A stretch of DNA of 64,000 bases from Candidatus Omnitrophota bacterium (GCA_018830005.1 JAHJTE010000001.1:642287-706286); one strand, 5' to 3'. Shown: positions 39,840 through 49,725, counted from the stretch's first letter. Notes: generated by a model from the letters alone, not told the origin. Numbers and translations are program-made.

Positions 39840-40937
39840 ATGAGAAAATCGCAGCATGAATATTTTACGAGAAAGGCATTAGAGCTTGCCATAAAGGCCA
39901 AAGGCAAGACTTCCCCAAACCCTCTTGTGGGTGCTGTGGTAGTAAAAAATAATCGTATAATAGGTAGCGGATATCATAAAAAGGCTGGCTTGGTTCATGC
40001 TGAAGTTGAGGCGCTTAGACAAGCTGGCAGGAGAGCTCAAGGAAGCACCCTCTATGTTAGCCTAGAGCCTTGCTGTTTTTTTGGAAGAACTCCACCTTGT
40101 ACAGATGCAATTATAAATTCCGGAATAAAAAAGGTTATTATTGGAATGTGTGATCCGAATCCAAAGAACAATGGAAGAGGGATTAAGATTCTGCGCCATG
40201 AAGGAATATCAGTTAAGGAAGGTTATTTGCAAAATGAGTTAAAAAAGATAAACGAGCATTTTATAAAATATATTTCTAAAAAAATTCCCTTTGTTACGAT
40301 AAAGGTTGGTCAGAGTCTTGATGGTAAGATTGCGACTAAGACAGGTGATTCTGAGTGGATAACCTCTTATTCAGCCAGAAGTTATGCTAAGAGTCTGCGT
40401 GCTGACTACGACGCAATAATGCTAGGAATAAATACTGTAATTAATGATGATCCAGAATTGGCAGCGCCAGAGAAGAAGCGATTTTTTAAAATTGTTGTTG
40501 ATCCGCATTTAAGGATACCTTTAAAATCACAAATCATACGCAAAAATAGCAAATCTGTTATTATTGCCACAGGACTAAATAGTTCTACCTATAAAAAAAA
40601 GGCATTGGAAAAATTGGGCGTTAAGATTATAAAGGTACCAAGCAGGCTTAAGAATTTAAATCTAAGATATCTATTGAGCAAGTTAGCCAGCTTAGAGATA
40701 ACCAGTGTTTTAGTTGAAGGCGGCGGCAGAATGATTGGTTCGCTCCTGGAACAGCATCTTGTAGATAAGGTTCTTTTTTTTATCGCACCAAAGATTATTG
40801 GCGGTGAATCTGCAATAAGTTCAGTGATGGGTAAAGGGATTAGGAAGATAAAGAATGCTATTAAGCTCGATAATATTAAACTGAAACAGATTGGCAGTGA
40901 TTATTTGTTTGAGGCCTATATTAAGTCCATAGCATAA
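39840..40937 (+). CDS. ribD: Bifunctional riboflavin biosynthesis deaminase/reductase RibD
   Basis: CMP/dCMP-type deaminase zinc motifs (HAEVEAL, PCxxC as LEPCCFFGRTPPC) plus C-terminal reductase domain. Confidence 0.93.
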   Translation: MRKSQHEYFTRKALELAIKAKGKTSPNPLVGAVVVKNNRIIGSGYHKKAGLVHAEVEALRQAGRRAQGSTLYVSLEPCCFFGRTPPCTDAIINSGIKKVIIGMCDPNPKNNGRGIKILRHEGISVKEGYLQNELKKINEHFIKYISKKIPFVTIKVGQSLDGKIATKTGDSEWITSYSARSYAKSLRADYDAIMLGINTVINDDPELAAPEKKRFFKIVVDPHLRIPLKSQIIRKNSKSVIIATGLNSSTYKKKALEKLGVKIIKVPSRLKNLNLRYLLSKLASLEITSVLVEGGGRMIGSLLEQHLVDKVLFFIAPKIIGGESAISSVMGKGIRKIKNAIKLDNIKLKQIGSDYLFEAYIKSIA

Positions 40938-40953
40938 ATTTAGGATTTTAGTT

Positions 40954-41523
40954 ATGTTCACAGGTATTATAGAAGAATTAGGAAAGGTTAAGGCACTAGA
41001 AAGAAGAGGCAGACTTTTTCGTCTTGGAATCGAAGCAGAAAAGATCACCCAAGATATTAAAATCGGTGATAGCATCTCTGTAAATGGCGTATGCCTGACC
41101 TTGGTTGCTGTAGAGAATAATTTAATTAGCTTTGATGTTCTCAATGAAACTGTACAGAGGAGCAATATTGGAGGTTTAAGAACGCTTGAGAATGTTAATC
41201 TAGAGCGCGCCTTAAAAGTCGGCGACAGACTCAGCGGTCATTTTGTGAATGGTCACATTGATTGTATGGGTATTATCCGTAAAAAGACCTATAAAGACAA
41301 CAACCTCTGTTATGAGATTAGTTTTCCTAGCGAGTTTTCAAGTTACGCGGTAGAGAAAGGCTCAATTGCTGTTGATGGTATAAGCCTAACAATTTCACAG
41401 ATACGCGGTGGTTCTTTTAGTGTAAATGTCATACCTCACACCCTCGTGAATACCACTCTTAAATTCAAAGGCCCTTCCAGCAAAGTCAATCTCGAATTTG
41501 ATATCCTTCTGAAACGCAAATAA
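40954..41523 (+). CDS. ribE: Riboflavin synthase alpha subunit
   Basis: MFTGIIEELGKV N-terminus and internal repeat (GDSISVNGVCLT / GSIAVDGISLT). Confidence 0.93.
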   Translation: MFTGIIEELGKVKALERRGRLFRLGIEAEKITQDIKIGDSISVNGVCLTLVAVENNLISFDVLNETVQRSNIGGLRTLENVNLERALKVGDRLSGHFVNGHIDCMGIIRKKTYKDNNLCYEISFPSEFSSYAVEKGSIAVDGISLTISQIRGGSFSVNVIPHTLVNTTLKFKGPSSKVNLEFDILLKRK

Positions 41524-41557
41524 TCACAGATAATGCATCTTTAACACATTGCCTTTA

Positions 41558-41586
41558 TTGCCTTTAGCTTTATTTTCTGCTATACT
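41558..41586 (+). promoter_or_regulatory. Putative sigma70-type promoter of tRNA-Pro (TTGCCT-N17-TATACT)
   Basis: Hexamers and spacer counted from sequence; -10 ends about 22 nt before the mature tRNA 5' end. Confidence 0.45.
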
Positions 41587-41608
41587 AAAGCGTTAAACAG
41601 TAATATTC

Positions 41609-41683
41609 CGGGGAGTAGCGCAGTTTGGCTAGCGCGCTTGCTTCGGGAGCAAGAGGTCGACGGTTCAAGTCCGTCCTCCCCGA
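41609..41683 (+). tRNA. tRNA-Pro (anticodon CGG), 3' CCA not encoded
   Basis: Cloverleaf folded by hand: acceptor CGGGGAG/CTCCCCG, D-stem GCGC, anticodon stem CTTGC/GCAAG with loop TTCGGGA, T-arm GACGG-TTCAAGT-CCGTC, discriminator A. Confidence 0.85.
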
Positions 41684-41702
41684 TTTCTCAAAGCACGTTA
41701 TT

Positions 41703-41978
41703 ATGGCTAAAAGGAGAATTCATATATATTTTTCAGGAAGGGTGCAGGGGGTAGGTTTTCGCTTCACTGCTGAACGCCTAGCTCGTAATTTAAAGATAGC
41801 TGGCTGGGCAAAGAATCTCTTTGATGGCCAGGTAGAGGTGGTGGCTGAGGCCGAGGAAAACACCTTAAATGATTTCTTGCAGCAGATGAAGGATAATTTC
41901 CATAATTATATTGAAGATATTGAGATTGATTGGAAAGATAATTGTGAAGGCCTAGTTGATTTTCAAATAAGGTTTTAA
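41703..41978 (+). CDS. acyP: Acylphosphatase
   Basis: 91 aa; ...[13 protein letters not shown]...[14 protein letters not shown]... matches acylphosphatase motifs; start placed at the ATG after the tRNA, not the ORF-track start that overlaps it. Confidence 0.8.
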   Translation: MAKRRIHIYFSGRVQGVGFRFTAERLARNLKIAGWAKNLFDGQVEVVAEAEENTLNDFLQQMKDNFHNYIEDIEIDWKDNCEGLVDFQIRF

Positions 41979-41985
41979 TTAAAAT

Positions 41986-42360
41986 ATGAAGATAGACCTG
42001 AATAAAATTACCGCAGAATGTAATGGTTGCCGTAGCGGCGCATGCTGTACTGATGGGGTTGAGCTAAGCAAACAGGAGATGGCAAGAATTCAAGCTTTCA
42101 ATCCCAATCTAAAGAAACCTTGGTTTAGAAAAACACCCAAGATTCATGAGTCAGCGCCAGGCTTTGAGTACGAAACAAGGATACGTCAAGGCAGATGTGT
42201 ATTTTTATCTAGCGATAGACTTTGTGCGATATATCCTGTAAGGCCTTCTAACTGTAGGGAATTCCCGCTTGAGGACGGCGAGATAGCTGAATTTTATAAA
42301 TTATTGTGCGACAAAGCTCCAAAATTCATCAATTCAAAAAATAAACGAGGGCTAGTATGA
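41986..42360 (+). CDS. YkgJ-family cysteine-cluster protein (CxxCxxCC putative metal-chelating domain)
   Basis: CNGCRSGACC near N-terminus plus downstream Cys residues; 124 aa. Confidence 0.6.
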   Translation: MKIDLNKITAECNGCRSGACCTDGVELSKQEMARIQAFNPNLKKPWFRKTPKIHESAPGFEYETRIRQGRCVFLSSDRLCAIYPVRPSNCREFPLEDGEIAEFYKLLCDKAPKFINSKNKRGLV

Positions 42361-43343
42361 TTGTATTAATTATTCTTATCTTGAGCATTCTTATCTTATC
42401 AGGCTTATGTTCGATGACCGAGGCTGCTATTTTGAGTTTGCCATTTGCACGTGCTAGAATTTTTCGCGAGGAAAAGAGAAAAGGCGCAGATGATCTCCTT
42501 TTTGTTAAAGAGCACATCCATACAGCGATTGCAACAGTTGTTATTTTAAATAACAGCATTAATATTATTGGTGCTATTTTTGTTGGTCAGAAAGTTGCTG
42601 GTCTATTTGGCAATCAATGGCTGGGGATCACCTCAGCTGTCTTTACCTTTGCCATTATTATAGTGGCTGAAATTATCCCCAAGACTATTGGCGAGACATA
42701 TAAGACGAGGATTTCGCTCTCAAGTGCTAAGATTCTGAAGATCGTTATGCATATATTTCGACCTCTGGTATCTGCTTTGATCTTTATGATAAGACCCTTG
42801 AAAAAGAAAAAAGGACAATTTAGGATAACAGAACAAGAGATAAAGATGATGTTAAGGCTTGGTAAGGATATGGGTACAGTAGAGGTTGACGAAGAAGCCC
42901 TTATCAATAGAGTTTTTAAATTAAATGATTTAACTGCCTTGCAAATGATGAAGCCGATTGAGCAAATCTACTCTTTGCCATATGGGATGACACTTTCAGA
43001 ATTAAAAGATAAAATCATAAATTCTCCTTATAGTCGGATTGCTGTATATAAAAAGGATATCTCTGATATAGTTGGTATTGTCCAGCAAAGAATACTCCTG
43101 CGTGAGATTGCAAAAGATAATTATGGGGTATTGGTTGATGAGTTCATTGCTATGCCTGTTTTTATTTACGAGAATGAAAAGGCAGATACCCTGCTTGAAA
43201 AATTTCGCTCCTATCATCAGCACCTTTTTATTGTTAAGAGCATGAAGGAGGCTAATATTGGAATTATTACAATGGAAGATTGCCTAGAGGAGCTTTTTGG
43301 TGAAATTTATGATGAGAAGGACTTATCGCGCAGGAGCAGATAG
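42357..43343 (+). CDS. DUF21-CBS membrane protein (CNNM/HlyC-CorC family, lacking the C-terminal CorC_HlyC domain)
   Basis: N-terminal multi-pass hydrophobic region followed by CBS-pair-like region; ends at 328 aa. Confidence 0.65.
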   Translation: MIVLIILILSILILSGLCSMTEAAILSLPFARARIFREEKRKGADDLLFVKEHIHTAIATVVILNNSINIIGAIFVGQKVAGLFGNQWLGITSAVFTFAIIIVAEIIPKTIGETYKTRISLSSAKILKIVMHIFRPLVSALIFMIRPLKKKKGQFRITEQEIKMMLRLGKDMGTVEVDEEALINRVFKLNDLTALQMMKPIEQIYSLPYGMTLSELKDKIINSPYSRIAVYKKDISDIVGIVQQRILLREIAKDNYGVLVDEFIAMPVFIYENEKADTLLEKFRSYHQHLFIVKSMKEANIGIITMEDCLEELFGEIYDEKDLSRRSR

Positions 43344-43406
43344 GTTTTTGTTTTGGCTATTTGTATATAAATCCTTGAAAGTATCTTAAGTCTTAGAGGG
43401 GCTGAT

Positions 43407-44135
43407 ATGCGCTACGGGATTTTTGCAGATATACATTCTAATATAGAGGCCCTAGAGGCAGTATTGACTGCCCTTGAATCTGAAAATATTGATAAGTATC
43501 TGTGTGTAGGTGATGTTATTGGCTATGCTGCAAATCCTTGTGAGTGTATAAAAAGGGTTAAGGAGATAGCGTCGGTTTGTGTTGCCGGGAATCACGATTG
43601 GGCAGCAATAGGAAAATTTAATCTAGATTTTTTTAATCCCCTTGCGAAGACAGCTATTGTCAAGAATAGCCTAAAACTATCTGAAGAAGATAAAAAGTTT
43701 CTGGATAGCTTAAAACTAACTTATGAGAATGAAGATTTGACGTTGGTACACGGCACCTTGCAGGATGCGGCAAGCTTTCATTATCTTAGGGGAGAATTTG
43801 AGGCAGTGTGGACATGCAGGTTGATGGAGACGCCTGTTTGTTTTGTCGGTCACACCCATATCCCGCAAATTTTCGAGTTTAGAAATTACTCATCAATCTC
43901 TGAATTGTTTACCTCAGAGCTAAGAATAGAGGCCAATAATAAATATATAGTTAATGTAGGTAGCGTTGGTCAGCCTCGCGATAATGATTCAAGGGCCTGT
44001 TATTGCGTTTTTGATGCAGAAAAAGGTGAGATTTCATTAAAACGCAGCGGTTATGATATAAAAGGAGCGCAAGGTGAGATGCTCAAAGCAGGTATGCCTG
44101 AATTTTTGGCTAGACGACTTACCTTTGGACAATAA
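43407..44135 (+). CDS. Calcineurin-like metallophosphoesterase
   Basis: DIHSN, GDVIGY, GNHD, GHTH motifs. Confidence 0.75.
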   Translation: MRYGIFADIHSNIEALEAVLTALESENIDKYLCVGDVIGYAANPCECIKRVKEIASVCVAGNHDWAAIGKFNLDFFNPLAKTAIVKNSLKLSEEDKKFLDSLKLTYENEDLTLVHGTLQDAASFHYLRGEFEAVWTCRLMETPVCFVGHTHIPQIFEFRNYSSISELFTSELRIEANNKYIVNVGSVGQPRDNDSRACYCVFDAEKGEISLKRSGYDIKGAQGEMLKAGMPEFLARRLTFGQ

Positions 44136-44148
44136 GCTTAGGTTAAAA

Positions 44149-46161
44149 ATGGATAAGAAAAAGATCAAAGAGAAAATCGAAAAATTAAAAAAGGAGATTC
44201 GCCACCATGATTATCTCTACTATGGTTTAGGTGAAGTCGAAGTCGCTGACAAGGAATATGATTTGTTAATGAAACAACTCAAAGACTTAGAAGTTGCCTA
44301 CCCTGAATATAAAAGTGATGATTCTCCTACGCAGCGAGTCTCAGGTGTGGTATTAGAGAAATTCACTACAGTAAGACACAAACAGAAAATGCTCTCTTTA
44401 GATAATACATATTCGCAAGAGGAATTGAGACAGTGGGATGAGCGCATCAGGAAGGGTCTTGGAGGCAGTAGATTTGAATATGTCGCTGAATTAAAAATTG
44501 ACGGCGTAAGCGCCAATCTCTTATATGAAAATGGAAAGTTAAAAATGGCAGCTACCAGGGGCGATGGCCAGAGCGGTGAAGACGTAACCTTAAATATCAA
44601 GACAATTCGCGCAATTCCCCTGCTGCTTAATGGGGCAGAGAATTTTAAGTCTTTTGAGATTCGGGGCGAAGTATATATGGAAATAGCGGATTTTAAAAAG
44701 TTAAATAAGGAAAGACAAGAACAAGGACTTAGTCTTTTTGCCAATCCCAGGAATGCGACCAGCGGTTCTTTGAAATTACTGGATTCAGGGATTGTAGCAG
44801 GGCGAAGATTGAGTTTCTTTGCCCATTCCTTAGGCGCCTCTACTAAAGAAGTCGCCAAGGGGCAGTGGGAATTTTTACAGACAATAAAAGAATGCGGTAT
44901 GCGCATAAATCCAGAAAGTAAAAAATTCTCTAAGCTAGAGGATGTTTTAGCATTTTATCGACTCTGGCAGAAAAAAAGGGATAAATTGCCTTATGAGGCA
45001 GATGGATTGGTCATTAAGATTAATTCATTTAAACAACAGAAAGACTTAGGTACAACACTTAAAAGTCCTCGTTGGGCAGTGGCCTATAAATTTCCCGCAC
45101 ATCAAGCCACTACCAAGGTATTAGATATAAATGTCAATGTGGGAAGGACCGGAGTCATAACTCCTGTAGCTGTACTTAGGCCTGTAGAATGCGGCGGAGT
45201 TATTATCCGTAATTCTACCCTGCATAATTTTGATGAAATTAAACGTTTAGATGTAAAGATCGGCGATCAGGTGTTGATAGAGCGTGCTGGAGACGTAATC
45301 CCTAAGGTTATCAAGGTAATCAAGTCTCTGCGTAGAGGAGGCGAAAAAGTATTTAAAGTACCTAAGACCTGCCCTGCTTGTAAAGGAGCTATAGTTAAAG
45401 AAAAGGAGGAGGATGTTGCTTATGTCTGCACTAATCCTTCTTGTCCGGCCCAGCTGGAAAGAGGCCTAGAGCATTTTGCCTCGCGTAGTACCATGGATAT
45501 CGAAGGTATGGGTGAGTCTGTAGTAAAACAGTTGATAGATAAAAAGATCGTTAGAAGTTTTGCTGATATATACAAACTAAAGGCAGACGATTTATCTAAA
45601 TTGGAACTTTTCAAAGATAGAAAGATTGATAACCTTCTGAATGCTATTTCCAAAAGTAAGAATCAACCCCTTTCGCGTCTGATCTTTGCTTTAGGAATCA
45701 GAGGAGTAGGAGAAAAGTGCGCTATTACTCTGGCTGAAAAATTCAAGGCCCTAGATAATATTGTGGCTGCCAACAGGGAGACCCTAGAGGGGATTCCAGA
45801 AGTAGGACCAGTAATGACAGGCTCGATATTTGAGTTTTTCCGCAAGGATGAAACAAAGCGGCTTATTGCCGAGTTAAAGCAGGCTGGATTAAATATGCAA
45901 GAGGAGGCATCAAAAAGAGAGTCTAAGATTAGCGGTAAACGCATTGTCTTTACTGGTACTTTCTCTGGCCTTGACCGCAGAGGAGCGCAAGAACTAGCAA
46001 GAAGTTATGGCGCAGAGGTATCTTCTAGTGTATCTAGCAATACAGATTATGTTGTGGCAGGCCAAAGCCCTGGTTCGAAGTTTAAAGAGGCAGAGGAGCT
46101 TTCGATAAAGATTATTAATGAAAAAGAGTTTTTGGCCTTGCTCGGGAGGCAGAAGAGATGA
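44149..46161 (+). CDS. ligA: NAD-dependent DNA ligase LigA
   Basis: Adenylation lysine motif KIDG, OB fold, Cys4 zinc finger (CPACKG...CTNPSCPAQ), HhH and C-terminal BRCT; start at ATG 44149 rather than the overlapping ORF-track start. Confidence 0.93.
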   Translation: MDKKKIKEKIEKLKKEIRHHDYLYYGLGEVEVADKEYDLLMKQLKDLEVAYPEYKSDDSPTQRVSGVVLEKFTTVRHKQKMLSLDNTYSQEELRQWDERIRKGLGGSRFEYVAELKIDGVSANLLYENGKLKMAATRGDGQSGEDVTLNIKTIRAIPLLLNGAENFKSFEIRGEVYMEIADFKKLNKERQEQGLSLFANPRNATSGSLKLLDSGIVAGRRLSFFAHSLGASTKEVAKGQWEFLQTIKECGMRINPESKKFSKLEDVLAFYRLWQKKRDKLPYEADGLVIKINSFKQQKDLGTTLKSPRWAVAYKFPAHQATTKVLDINVNVGRTGVITPVAVLRPVECGGVIIRNSTLHNFDEIKRLDVKIGDQVLIERAGDVIPKVIKVIKSLRRGGEKVFKVPKTCPACKGAIVKEKEEDVAYVCTNPSCPAQLERGLEHFASRSTMDIEGMGESVVKQLIDKKIVRSFADIYKLKADDLSKLELFKDRKIDNLLNAISKSKNQPLSRLIFALGIRGVGEKCAITLAEKFKALDNIVAANRETLEGIPEVGPVMTGSIFEFFRKDETKRLIAELKQAGLNMQEEASKRESKISGKRIVFTGTFSGLDRRGAQELARSYGAEVSSSVSSNTDYVVAGQSPGSKFKEAEELSIKIINEKEFLALLGRQKR

Positions 46162-46652
46162 TTGAAAAAGTCAGGAAATTATTTTTATGGATGATAGTCA
46201 TACTGTTAATTAGTAATAGCTTTGGTTGTGATGCCTTTAGGAGAAAGATCACTCGCAAGAATAAAAAAGAAATAATCGAACCAGTCCTGCGGCCTGAGGA
46301 AGATGCCGGACTTTTTTATGACAATGAGACTAGGTATAGAAACTATTTTGCTTATTGGCGCGGCTGGCATGATGAGTTGATTCAGGCTATACCAGGAAAA
46401 AGCAAAAAGCGTAAAAAATATTCCTTTGGCCAGACAATGGATAATCTCTATCTCATGCAGGACTTACTTAGAGAAGGTGAAAAGAAGAAGGAATTGACAG
46501 AATATATGGATAAGTTAGAAAAAATTCAAAGGCAGATAGATACAAATCAGGCGTTTAATGAGAGGACGCTGATCCAGCAGCTTTCCAGTATTAGATTAGC
46601 CATAAATAAGAAGCTGCATTATAGTAAGGTGAAGGATTGGATAAAAGAATAG
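46158..46652 (+). CDS. Hypothetical lipoprotein
   Basis: Signal peptide with lipobox-like SFGC; Lys-rich, no recognised domain. Confidence 0.4.
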   Translation: MIEKVRKLFLWMIVILLISNSFGCDAFRRKITRKNKKEIIEPVLRPEEDAGLFYDNETRYRNYFAYWRGWHDELIQAIPGKSKKRKKYSFGQTMDNLYLMQDLLREGEKKKELTEYMDKLEKIQRQIDTNQAFNERTLIQQLSSIRLAINKKLHYSKVKDWIKE

Positions 46653-47266
46653 CCATAGAAAGAATCATCGTCGGTCCCCTAGGGTCCAATTGTTATCTGT
46701 TTGCAAACAGAGAAAACAAGAAGGCAGTTCTTATTGATGTAGGTGATGAGGCAGAGCTAATCAAGCGAAAGGTGAAGGGTCTAAGGCTAGAGGCGATATT
46801 CTTGACACACGGACACATTGATCATATCGGAGCGGTTAATTTTTTTGATGTACCAATTTTTATCCATCAAGATGAACTAGAATTCTTAAATGATCAAGAG
46901 AAGAATATGTCTTCTTTTTTAGGCTCTTCCTTCTCACTCTCAAAAGACAAGGATATCCGGACTGTGCATGATGGCCAGATTATTAATATCTGCGATTTTA
47001 ACTTGCGGATTATTCATACCCCTGGACATACGCCTGGCTCGATTACGATTCAATTTGAGGATATTCTTTTTACTGGCGATGCCCTTTTTGCCGGAAGCAT
47101 TGGCCGCACTGATTTGCCTTATGGTTCTACAGAGGATTTGATCAAGGCTATTAAGAATAAATTGTTGGTTTTACCTCCTGACACGAAAGTCTATCCCGGG
47201 CACGGAGAGCAAACGACTATCGCAGACGAGAAAAATAATAATCCTTTTTTAAGTTTGCAGGTTTAA
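46637..47266 (+). CDS. MBL-fold metallo-hydrolase
   Basis: THGHIDH metal-binding motif and downstream HTPGHTPG. Confidence 0.8.
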   Translation: MDKRIAIERIIVGPLGSNCYLFANRENKKAVLIDVGDEAELIKRKVKGLRLEAIFLTHGHIDHIGAVNFFDVPIFIHQDELEFLNDQEKNMSSFLGSSFSLSKDKDIRTVHDGQIINICDFNLRIIHTPGHTPGSITIQFEDILFTGDALFAGSIGRTDLPYGSTEDLIKAIKNKLLVLPPDTKVYPGHGEQTTIADEKNNNPFLSLQV

Positions 47267-47272
47267 TTTTAT

Positions 47273-48160
47273 ATGGAAGAGTTAATTAATATCTTTCTGG
47301 ATTATTTAGCGGCTGAACGCGGCCTGGCAATTAATACTATAGCTGCCTATCGCAGTGACCTCCTTAATTTTTTAAATTATCTAAAAAAAAGAGGCATAAA
47401 GTCTATTAACGATGTTAAGCGGGATAATATTCGTCAATTTATGCTCGCCTCTAGAGATAAAGGCCTAACAGCAAACTCTGTAAGTAGGGCATTAGTGGCA
47501 ATTAAGGTATTCTATAGATTTCTTATGCGGGAAAAGATTATTAATAAAGATCCTTCTAATCTTATAGATTCTCCCAAATTATGGAGTCGGCTTCCAGAGG
47601 TCTTGAATCTTAAAGAAGTGGAGCGTTTACTTTCCGTGCCAAATTTAAGGGATTCTGCCGGGATTCGTAATAAGGCTATACTGGAATTAATGTATGGTAC
47701 TGGCATTCGTGTTTCCGAGGCAAGTAATTTACGTCAGGATGGCTTGAATCTTGATGTTGGCTTCTTGCGTTGCATTGGTAAAGGCTCTAAGGAGAGAGTC
47801 GTTCCCTTAGGCGAGAAGGCTATCATTGCCGTAAAAAGATATTTAAATTCAGCAAGAACAAGATTAAGTAAAAATAAGGATAATGAATACCTTTTTTTAA
47901 ATCGTTCTGGCAATAGATTGAGTCGTCAGAGTATTTGGAAGATAATTAGCCGTTGCGCCAGAGAGGCAAAGATAAAAAAGAAGATAAAGCCACATACACT
48001 TAGGCATTCCTTTGCTACACATCTTTTGGAACGCGGTGCAGATTTAAGAAGTGTACAGGAGATGCTGGGACATGCCGATATCTCCACAACCCAGATTTAT
48101 ACACATATTGATAAAGATAGACTAAAGGCAATTCATCAGAAGTTTCATCCGCGTCCATAA
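47273..48160 (+). CDS. xerD: Tyrosine recombinase XerC/XerD family
   Basis: C-terminal catalytic RHSFATHLL...HADISTTQIYTH with Tyr nucleophile; N-terminal core-binding domain; gene symbol is a guess between xerC and xerD. Confidence 0.8.
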   Translation: MEELINIFLDYLAAERGLAINTIAAYRSDLLNFLNYLKKRGIKSINDVKRDNIRQFMLASRDKGLTANSVSRALVAIKVFYRFLMREKIINKDPSNLIDSPKLWSRLPEVLNLKEVERLLSVPNLRDSAGIRNKAILELMYGTGIRVSEASNLRQDGLNLDVGFLRCIGKGSKERVVPLGEKAIIAVKRYLNSARTRLSKNKDNEYLFLNRSGNRLSRQSIWKIISRCAREAKIKKKIKPHTLRHSFATHLLERGADLRSVQEMLGHADISTTQIYTHIDKDRLKAIHQKFHPRP

Positions 48161-48172
48161 AAAGAGAAAAGT

Positions 48173-49447
48173 ATGAATATTAAAAAACGTATTTACGTAC
48201 TCGATGCTAGATTGCTTAAATATATTAAGGCAATAGGTGCACTTGCCGACAAAAAAGGCATTCGGGCTTGCCTTGTAGGCGGATTCGTCAGAGATATGTT
48301 CCTAAATTTAGATAATTTTGACGTTGATATTATCTTAGAGCGTGACGGCATTAAATTTGCCAATCTAGTTAGTAAGACATTAAAGTTAAATATGATTTCT
48401 CATGAGCGTTTTGGCACTGCTGTTCTTGCCAATAACAGCATAAAGATTGATATAGCTACTTTTAGAAAGGAAAGATATCCTTATCCTGGAAGTCTACCTG
48501 TTGTATCAAGAGGTTCTTTAATTGAGGATTTAGCCCGTCGCGACTTTACTATTAACGCAATGGCAGTGAGTATAAACAAAAATGATTTTGGTCTTGTTTT
48601 CGATTATATTAATGGCCTGACCGATCTTAAACAAAGACGGCTGCGCATCCTGCATAAGAAGAGCTTCCTTGATGATCCTACGAGAATTTTGCGTCTGGTG
48701 AGATTTAAGGCCAGGTTTAACTTTTCTGTTGAAAACAAGACCCTAGGCTATATTAGGCAGGCAAAGAAGAGTAAGGCCTTAGAGAAGATGCAGAGACATC
48801 GTATTCGCGATGAACTCATACTTATATTTAAAGAGGCAAAACCTGAAAATGCGATTAAAGATTTAAGTAAGGTTTATGGTTTAGATTTCATTCATAAAAA
48901 GCTACAGTTTAAAAAATCCGATTCTAAAAAATTCTTGCAAGTACGGCGTATCATTGTCTGGTTTGAGGCTAATTTTAAAGAGCGCAGACAGCTTGATGTC
49001 TGGCTCATATATTTTATTGTCTTTTTGTCTAGATTGAACCTTAAGCAAATAAGGCAGGTGGCTACTACTTTTGGTTTTAAGCGAGGAGAATCAATAAGGC
49101 TTCTTTCCTGCCAGAAGAGTCTTAATAAGGTTAGCCGCCTCTTAAATAATTCGGGTCTTTCGCCAAGCTATGTTTATAAGATTTTGAATCCTTTAAGTTA
49201 TGAAGTAATTCTTATTTTATTATGCACCTTAACCAATAGCGGCCCAAAGAAATATATAAAGAATTTTCTTAGATTCTATAACCTTATACGTATAAAATCA
49301 GGTGGAGATGACCTGAAGAAATTAGGCATTAAGCCAGGACCGAATTTTAAGATTTTACTTGAAAAGGTGAAAGAGGAAAAATTGAATCTGGGTTTTTCTT
49401 CTAAGAGAGAAGAGCTTACACTTTTAAAGAAATTAATAAAGAAATGA
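48173..49447 (+). CDS. tRNA nucleotidyltransferase (CCA-adding) / poly(A) polymerase family
   Basis: Pol-beta-type head motifs GGFVRD...DxD (DVDI) and RRDFTINA. Confidence 0.75.
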   Translation: MNIKKRIYVLDARLLKYIKAIGALADKKGIRACLVGGFVRDMFLNLDNFDVDIILERDGIKFANLVSKTLKLNMISHERFGTAVLANNSIKIDIATFRKERYPYPGSLPVVSRGSLIEDLARRDFTINAMAVSINKNDFGLVFDYINGLTDLKQRRLRILHKKSFLDDPTRILRLVRFKARFNFSVENKTLGYIRQAKKSKALEKMQRHRIRDELILIFKEAKPENAIKDLSKVYGLDFIHKKLQFKKSDSKKFLQVRRIIVWFEANFKERRQLDVWLIYFIVFLSRLNLKQIRQVATTFGFKRGESIRLLSCQKSLNKVSRLLNNSGLSPSYVYKILNPLSYEVILILLCTLTNSGPKKYIKNFLRFYNLIRIKSGGDDLKKLGIKPGPNFKILLEKVKEEKLNLGFSSKREELTLLKKLIKK

Positions 49448-49725
49448 CTGTAGGCATATTAACGCTTTCGCTTTTTATACCTGGGTCCAACTCCCTTAAA
49501 CAAAAGCGCTCGGTTTTGAAGGCACTGAAGTCGAGACTAATTCTTAAATTTAATGTCTGCGTTGCTGAAATTGATCTTCATGAGAAATGGCAGAGAGCAG
49601 TCTTGGCTGTAGGATTTATTAATACTGATAGAGGAGTCATCGATGCCTTATTTAGTAAGATTTTAAAATTCATGGAAAAATCTGCTGGTTGTGATCTAGT
49701 TGATTTTCATCAGCAGTTAATATGA
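49444..49725 (+). CDS. DUF503-family protein (YlxP-like)
   Basis: 93 aa; ...SLKQKRSVLKAL..RL..KFNV.VAE.D... pattern; conserved position directly upstream of rbfA. Confidence 0.6.
   Translation: MTVGILTLSLFIPGSNSLKQKRSVLKALKSRLILKFNVCVAEIDLHEKWQRAVLAVGFINTDRGVIDALFSKILKFMEKSAGCDLVDFHQQLI

Noticed and set aside
41625-41702. N-terminal extension of the acylphosphatase ORF (ORF-track start 41625)
   Set aside because: That start lies inside the tRNA-Pro gene; the conserved acylphosphatase sequence begins at ATG 41703.
44074-44148. N-terminal extension of ligA from ORF-track start 44074
   Set aside because: Overlaps the end of the metallophosphoesterase gene; ATG 44149 gives a typical LigA N-terminus.
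44298-44906. 202-aa ORF on the - strand inside ligA
   Set aside because: Antisense to conserved ligA; no motifs; shadow ORF.
47273-48160. Tyrosine recombinase as a sign of an integrated mobile element
   Set aside because: The sequence has XerC/XerD-type features and sits among housekeeping genes. No attachment-site repeats, no phage or transposon genes and no tRNA adjacent to it, so it is read as the chromosome dimer-resolution recombinase.
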